Assembly (NCBI GenBank): GCA_965261595.1
Contig: CBDHDG010000006.1
Span: 352,001-416,000 of the forward strand
DNA length: 64,000 bases
Direction of reading: 5' to 3'
From: a bacterium
GTDB lineage: Bacteria > UBA8248 > JACPRG01 > G963555815
In this document: positions 58,977-64,000 of the stretch, piece by piece
Layout of the letters: each line of letters begins with the position of its first letter
How positions within the stretch are numbered: position 1 is the first letter of the stretch
Program-made: the position numbers and the translations under genes
Notes under the pieces: generated by a model
Database searches by the model: none
Told to the model about the DNA's origin: nothing
What the model saw: the letters and a program-made list of their open reading frames with translations, nothing else

Positions 58977-61694
58977 ATGAATCCAAAAACCAAGGAACCC
59001 CGTCCTCATCTCTACCTGATCGACGGCTCCGGGTACATCTTCCGGGCGTTTCACGCCATTCGGAACAGCATGACCAATTCCAAGGGCCTTCCCACCAACG
59101 CCGTCTACGGCTATACGCAGATGCTCCGCAAAATACTGAACGAGCAGTCTCCGACCCATTGCGTCGTCGCCTTCGACCGGGGTCCGCCCAGGCAGCGCCT
59201 GGCGCTTTACCCCGCCTACAAGGCCAACCGGCCCGAGACGCCCGAGGAGATCAAGGCCCAATGGCCCTTCTGCCTTGAGATCACCAAGGCGCTGGGGGTG
59301 CCCATCGTGGACATGGAGGGGGTGGAGGCCGACGACCTCATCGGCACCCTGGCCCGAAGGGCCGAAACCGCGGGCTTCGATGTGACCATCATCACGTCCG
59401 ACAAGGACTTCTACCAGCTTGTGGGTCCGCGAATCTCCCTCTGGGACACGATGAAGGACCGGCGGATCGGGATCCCGGAGGTCGAGGAGCGCTTCGGCGT
59501 CGCGCCCGACCGGGTGATCGATGTCCTGGGGCTGATGGGGGACAGCGTGGACAACGTCCCCGGCGTTCCGGGGGTGGGGGAGAAGACGGCCAAGACCCTC
59601 GTGCGGGAATTCGGGGACGTGGACTCCCTCTTGAGCCGCCTCGACGAGCTCAAGCCCGGCAAGCAGCGGGAGCACCTGGAGGAAAACGCCGACCTCGCCC
59701 GGTTGAGCGTCACCCTGGTGACGATCGACACGGACGTGGACCTCCCCCTGGGCATGGACAACCTCAAGGTCGGGGCCCTGGACCGGGAGGCGGCCCTGGC
59801 CCTTTTGAAAGAGCTCGAATTCAGACGGCTGGCCGATGACATCCTCGGGAGCGCGCCCGCGGGGCCGTCGCCGAAGAAAGACTACGTCACCGTCCTGACC
59901 GGGAAGGACCTGGACGCCCTCATCAACCGTCTCAAAAAATCGGGCGGGTTCGCCATTGACCTGGAAACGACCAACAAGGAGCCCATGTGGGCCGAGATCG
60001 TAGGCTTCGCGCTTTCGTCCAAGGCCGGGGAAGGCTACTACGTCCCCGTCGCCCACGACTATATGGGGGCGCCTGAGCAGCTATCGCTGGAGACCGTCCT
60101 GGAGCGCCTTCGGCCGCTCCTGGAGGATCCCAAGCTCCCCAAGCACGGCCAGAACATCAAGTACGACAAGATCGTCCTGGACCGCGCGGGACTGGCCATG
60201 GAAGGGATCGCCTTCGACACCATGTTAGCGAGCTACGTCCTCAACCCCTCCCGGCGCGGCCACGGCATGGACGAGATCGCCCGCGAGTTTCTCAATGTCC
60301 AGCCCATGTCGTACAAAGACGTCGCCGGGACCGGCGCAAAGGAGAGACCCTTCAGCGAGGTGGAGATCGAGACGGCGACGCGGTACTCGGCGGAGGACGC
60401 GGATGTCACATTCGCCCTCATGGAAGCGCTGGGTCCTCTGCTGGACGAGGGCGGCCTGCGCCCGCTTTTCGATGAGCTGGAGATGCCCCTCATCCCGATC
60501 CTGTCGGCCATGGAAGAGGCGGGGGTCCTCATCGATCTGGACCTGATGGGGGAGATGGGGAAGTCCCTCGACATCCAATTGGAGGCCGCCCTTGAGCGGA
60601 TCCACGAGGCGGCGGGCGCGGAGATCAACCCCAACTCGCCCATCCAGCTTCGGGAGATTCTCTTCGACAAGCTCCAGCTCCACAAGCAGGCCCCGCCCGG
60701 GGTCATCAAGAAAACCAAGACGGGAATGTCCACCGCCGCGGACGTCCTGGAGAGGCTCGCCCCGCTTCACCCCCTCCCCCAGGAGGTCCTGGCCTACCGG
60801 GAGCTCTCCAAGCTTCAGTCCACGTACGTCCAGGCCCTGCCGAAGCTCGTCCATCCGGAGACGGGGCGCATCCACACCTCCTTCAACCAGTCCGTCGCCG
60901 CCACCGGACGCCTCAGCTCCGCCGACCCCAACCTCCAGAACATCCCCATCCGGACGGAGCTGGGCCGGCAGATCCGCCGGGCGTTCATCCCCGCGCCCGG
61001 CATGAAGATGCTTTCGGCCGATTACTCGCAGGTCGAGCTCCGCATCCTGGCGCACCTGTCCGGGGACGAGGTCCTGACGGAGGCCTTCCACGCCGGGGAG
61101 GACATCCACACACGGACGGCGCTGGAGGTCTTCGGCGTTTTGCCGGGGACGGTCACGGACGACATGCGGCGGATGGCCAAGGCGGTGAACTTCGGCGTCG
61201 TGTACGGCCTCAGCCCCTTCGGCCTATCTCAGAACATCGGCGTCCCGGTGGAGGAGGCCCGGCGGTTCATCGACGGGTACTTCGAGCGGTACGCGGGCGT
61301 GCGGGCCTATATCGACCGGACGCTGGCGGAAGCGAGGAAGAAGGGATACGTCGAGACCCTGCGGGGCCGGAGGCGGCCGATTCCCGACATCAACCACTCC
61401 AACCACAACCTGCGCGGCTTCGCCGAGCGGACGGCGGTGAACACGACCGTCCAGGGCTCGGCGGCGGACATCATCAAGCAGGCCATGATCGACATCCACC
61501 CGAGGCTGATCGGCGAGGGTTTCAAGAGCCGGATGATCATCCAGGTCCACGACGAGCTGGTCTTCGAGGGCCCGCCCAAGGAGATGAAAAAACTGGCGGC
61601 GCTGGTCAAGGAGAAGATGGAGGGCGCGGCCAAGCTGTCCGTCCCGCTGGATGTCGAGACGCACACGGGGGACAACTGGGACGAGGCGCACTGA
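58977..61694 (+). CDS. polA: DNA polymerase I
   Basis: 5'-3' exonuclease LIDGSGYIFRAFHA, 3'-5' exonuclease DLETT, polymerase TGRLSS.DPNLQNIP, ADYSQVELR, KAVNFG, QVHDEL. Confidence 0.98.
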   Translation: MNPKTKEPRPHLYLIDGSGYIFRAFHAIRNSMTNSKGLPTNAVYGYTQMLRKILNEQSPTHCVVAFDRGPPRQRLALYPAYKANRPETPEEIKAQWPFCLEITKALGVPIVDMEGVEADDLIGTLARRAETAGFDVTIITSDKDFYQLVGPRISLWDTMKDRRIGIPEVEERFGVAPDRVIDVLGLMGDSVDNVPGVPGVGEKTAKTLVREFGDVDSLLSRLDELKPGKQREHLEENADLARLSVTLVTIDTDVDLPLGMDNLKVGALDREAALALLKELEFRRLADDILGSAPAGPSPKKDYVTVLTGKDLDALINRLKKSGGFAIDLETTNKEPMWAEIVGFALSSKAGEGYYVPVAHDYMGAPEQLSLETVLERLRPLLEDPKLPKHGQNIKYDKIVLDRAGLAMEGIAFDTMLASYVLNPSRRGHGMDEIAREFLNVQPMSYKDVAGTGAKERPFSEVEIETATRYSAEDADVTFALMEALGPLLDEGGLRPLFDELEMPLIPILSAMEEAGVLIDLDLMGEMGKSLDIQLEAALERIHEAAGAEINPNSPIQLREILFDKLQLHKQAPPGVIKKTKTGMSTAADVLERLAPLHPLPQEVLAYRELSKLQSTYVQALPKLVHPETGRIHTSFNQSVAATGRLSSADPNLQNIPIRTELGRQIRRAFIPAPGMKMLSADYSQVELRILAHLSGDEVLTEAFHAGEDIHTRTALEVFGVLPGTVTDDMRRMAKAVNFGVVYGLSPFGLSQNIGVPVEEARRFIDGYFERYAGVRAYIDRTLAEARKKGYVETLRGRRRPIPDINHSNHNLRGFAERTAVNTTVQGSAADIIKQAMIDIHPRLIGEGFKSRMIIQVHDELVFEGPPKEMKKLAALVKEKMEGAAKLSVPLDVETHTGDNWDEAH

Positions 61695-61812
61695 ATTTCA
61701 TTTCGTCCTTCCCCCCCTCCCACCTTCGGGTTTCGTTGGACGCCCTCCCCCTCCCCCCTCCACAACCCCATCACGGCCCGGCGGGTCCCCGCTCCGGCGT
61801 CCGCCCGAAACC

Positions 61813-62829
61813 TCAGAACGACCGGCCGGCGGCGGCGACGAACGGGATGAGGTCCTTCATGAGCTGGGCGAACTTGGGCGGCTTGAGCGACTGGGCGCCG
61901 TCGGACATGGCTTCGGCCGGGTTCGCGTGCACCTCGACCATCAGGCCATCGGCGCCCACCGCGACAGCGGCCCGGCACAGGATGTTGACCAACCGCCAGT
62001 TGCCGCTGGCGTGGCTGGGATCGACGAACACCGGCAGGTGGGTCTCGGATTGCAGGACCGGGACGGCCGAGATGTCCAGCGTGTTGCGCGTCGCCGTCTC
62101 GAACGTCCGGATGCCGCGCTCGCACAGGATGACGCGGGCGTTCCCCTCCGACAGGACGTACTCCGCCGACATCAAGAACTCCTCCAGCGTCGTCATCATC
62201 CCGCGCTTGAGGAAAATGGGCTTGGAGGCCTGCCCGACCCGCTTGAGGAGAGAGAAGTTCTGTACGTTGCGGGCCCCAATCTGGAGGACGTCGGCGTAAC
62301 GCTCCACGAGATCCACCTCCTCGGGGTTCATCACTTCCGTGACGATGGGAAGGCCCGTCGCTTCCCGGGCCTCAACGAGGTATTTCAAGCCCTCTTCGCC
62401 CATCCCCTGGAAGCTGTACGGCGAAGTGCGGGGCTTGAAGGCGCCCCCCCGGAGCATGTTCGCCCCGCCGTCTTTGATCAACCGGGCGATCTCGAGGATC
62501 TGCCCGCGGCTCTCGACCGAGCACGGGCCGGCGATGACCGAGAGCTTCCCGCCGCCGACCGACGTCCCGTTCACCGTGAACACGGACCGCTCCGGGCGGC
62601 CCTGGGAGGAGGCCAGCTTGTAGGGCTTCAGGATGGGCATGACGCTTTCCACCCCGGCCATGACGTCCAGGGCCTGAAGGCGGGTCTTCTCCCGTTCGTC
62701 CCCGACGGCCCCGATCACGGTTCGCTCCACGCCCTCGATGATGTGGGGGCGGTAGCTCATTTCCTCAATCCGGCTCACAACCGCGTCCACTTCCTCGCGC
62801 GTGGCACCGGCTTTCATCACGATGATCAT
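61813..62829 (-). CDS. aroF: DAHP synthase, type I-beta with N-terminal regulatory domain
   Basis: MIIVMK, IAGPCSVES, GGAFKPRTSPYSFQG, QIGARN, LCERGIRTFE, VDPSH. Confidence 0.96.
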   Translation of the reverse strand: MIIVMKAGATREEVDAVVSRIEEMSYRPHIIEGVERTVIGAVGDEREKTRLQALDVMAGVESVMPILKPYKLASSQGRPERSVFTVNGTSVGGGKLSVIAGPCSVESRGQILEIARLIKDGGANMLRGGAFKPRTSPYSFQGMGEEGLKYLVEAREATGLPIVTEVMNPEEVDLVERYADVLQIGARNVQNFSLLKRVGQASKPIFLKRGMMTTLEEFLMSAEYVLSEGNARVILCERGIRTFETATRNTLDISAVPVLQSETHLPVFVDPSHASGNWRLVNILCRAAVAVGADGLMVEVHANPAEAMSDGAQSLKPPKFAQLMKDLIPFVAAAGRSF

Positions 62830-62848
62830 CGGAGTTTCTCCTCAAATC

Positions 62849-62882
62849 AAAAAGAAGCCGCGGCACGATTGCCCGCGGCTTC
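62849..62882 (-). terminator. Attenuator terminator upstream of aroF
   Basis: mRNA GAAGCCGCGG-9 nt-CCGCGGCUUC-UUUUU ending just before the aroF RBS. Confidence 0.8.
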
Positions 62883-62958
62883 AAGGACTATCCGGTCAAT
62901 CGGCCGCGGGACGGTTCGTCCACCCGCGGCCGGAAGTTTTCCGTCCGGCGCGGGCGGA

Positions 62959-63012
62959 CTACCGAAACCCTCCAAAAAAATCGCAGCCGTACGGAAAATC
63001 ACTCGGACGCAT
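62959..63012 (-). CDS. Phe/Tyr-rich leader peptide MRPSDFPYGCDFFGGFR
   Basis: ATG 63012, TAG 62959-62961, GAGGTG RBS; 4 Phe (all TTT) and 1 Tyr in 17 codons. Confidence 0.75.
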   Translation of the reverse strand: MRPSDFPYGCDFFGGFR

Positions 63013-63144
63013 TCAACTCACCTCAATCTCTCGGTGGGAAACAACACCTTCTGTTTTTAGGGTGTCCGTGATGGAATGTCAAGGACCGGACCGGGGTGAA
63101 AAGGCGGCGGTGAATGGACCCGGGCCGTTGATTCCCTTTGACGC

Positions 63145-63612
63145 ATGATCCGGGCGCTGGTAAATTCTCCGGACTCGTGTTTGGGGGGGGGGGGAGGAAT
63201 CCCGGCCCCTCTGATCTCCCGCGTCACAAAGGACGACCAGGATGGGACGAGCGATTCGGTTGCGGCGGCGCGCATGCGGGCCTCCCAGCGCCCGGATCCC
63301 CGGACCGTCGAGCGAATCCTCAAGGGCCCCGCCTTGGTCATCACGTTCTTGCGGAGGGACGTCAAAAAGACCGCTGTCACACGGATTGATATGGTCCTCC
63401 TGCAAGGAGGCCGGAGGTTCTACGCTCCCGCGTTGAAGCGGGGTCCGGCCCGGCCCGTCAAGGACGGCGAGAGGGTGATCGCGTATGAAGGCGAGCTGGA
63501 AGGGGAATACCCGCTGGATGAGCTGGACCCGCGAAGGTCCGCCACCCTGGAAGTCCGGCTGGAGGACGGGTCGCGCTTAACCTTCGACATCCCGCTTTGG
63601 CGCTTGCGGTGA
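63145..63612 (+). CDS. Hypothetical protein (start uncertain)
   Basis: ORF with host-like codon usage in its 3' part; poly-G tract near the 5' end. Confidence 0.45.
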   Translation: MIRALVNSPDSCLGGGGGIPAPLISRVTKDDQDGTSDSVAAARMRASQRPDPRTVERILKGPALVITFLRRDVKKTAVTRIDMVLLQGGRRFYAPALKRGPARPVKDGERVIAYEGELEGEYPLDELDPRRSATLEVRLEDGSRLTFDIPLWRLR

Positions 63613-63685
63613 GGATTTTTTCCGCGCGGATCGGAGAATCCGTAGATCCCGGCCCCCCCCTTGCGGCAAGAGGACGACAGCGTTG

Positions 63686-64000
63686 ATGAAGTTTTCACGC
63701 ATCCTGAGAAAACCTCCGCGTTCTCTGCCTATTTGGGCGTGCTGGCCGCCGGGATCTGCGCGGCCCTTTCGTCGGGGATCATCCCGGCGCGCGCCGGCGG
63801 AGGCAGCCGGGCCGAGATGGTGACCATCCCCGCCGGGAAGTTCATCATGGGGAGCGCTCCCGAGGAGCGGGAATACGGCTACAAGCTGGACGAGACCCTC
63901 CACAAAAGTCCCGTCGCGCGGCAGAACAAGTGGTTCGAGAAAGAGACGCGCAAGGCGCAGGAGCTCCCGGCCTACCGGATCGACAAGTATCTCGTGACCA
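63686..64000 (+). CDS. FGE-sulfatase/SUMF1-domain protein, 5' part (runs off window end; probable frameshift in the signal peptide near 63710)
   Basis: Manual translation EMVTIPAGKFIMGS...WFEKE...LPAYRIDKYLVT; ATG 63686 (MKFSRILRK) is one base out of frame, in-frame TTG at 63661. Confidence 0.8.

Overview
High-GC bacterial chromosomal segment, mostly housekeeping genes. These include a partial pdxA, a TCA cluster (icd-mdh-two-subunit fumarase-Sdh-sucCD-korAB-ndk), a glycan-synthesis cluster, a TPP-riboswitch ABC module, folC-folP-folE2-panE, an EpmA-like ligase, acpS, a two-component system with a Met-rich peptide and msrP, csp, hflKC, gatAB, polA and DAHP synthase. The main accessory feature is a lower-GC nested transposon between pdxA and icd. 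A complete IS1595-family element (1820-4739, perfect 23-bp TIRs, 8-bp TSD) carries a DUF262-HNH (GmrSD-like) nuclease as cargo. It has inserted into an older transposase-less element (~756-4889) whose mirrored ends carry NrdR-box-like motifs and which carries a divergent hicB-hicA-like pair. Other notable signals: (1) a WecA/MraY-family enzyme fused to a degenerate HisKA helix pair and a receiver domain; (2) an EpmA-type catalytic domain retaining a LysRS-like OB-fold; (3) an unannotated Phe/Tyr-rich leader peptide and attenuator upstream of DAHP synthase; (4) a probable reactive-chlorine defence module lacking msrQ. Several single-base frameshifts and long G/C homopolymers suggest long-read assembly errors, so frameshift calls are tentative. 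All family calls come from motif recognition by eye; no searches were run.
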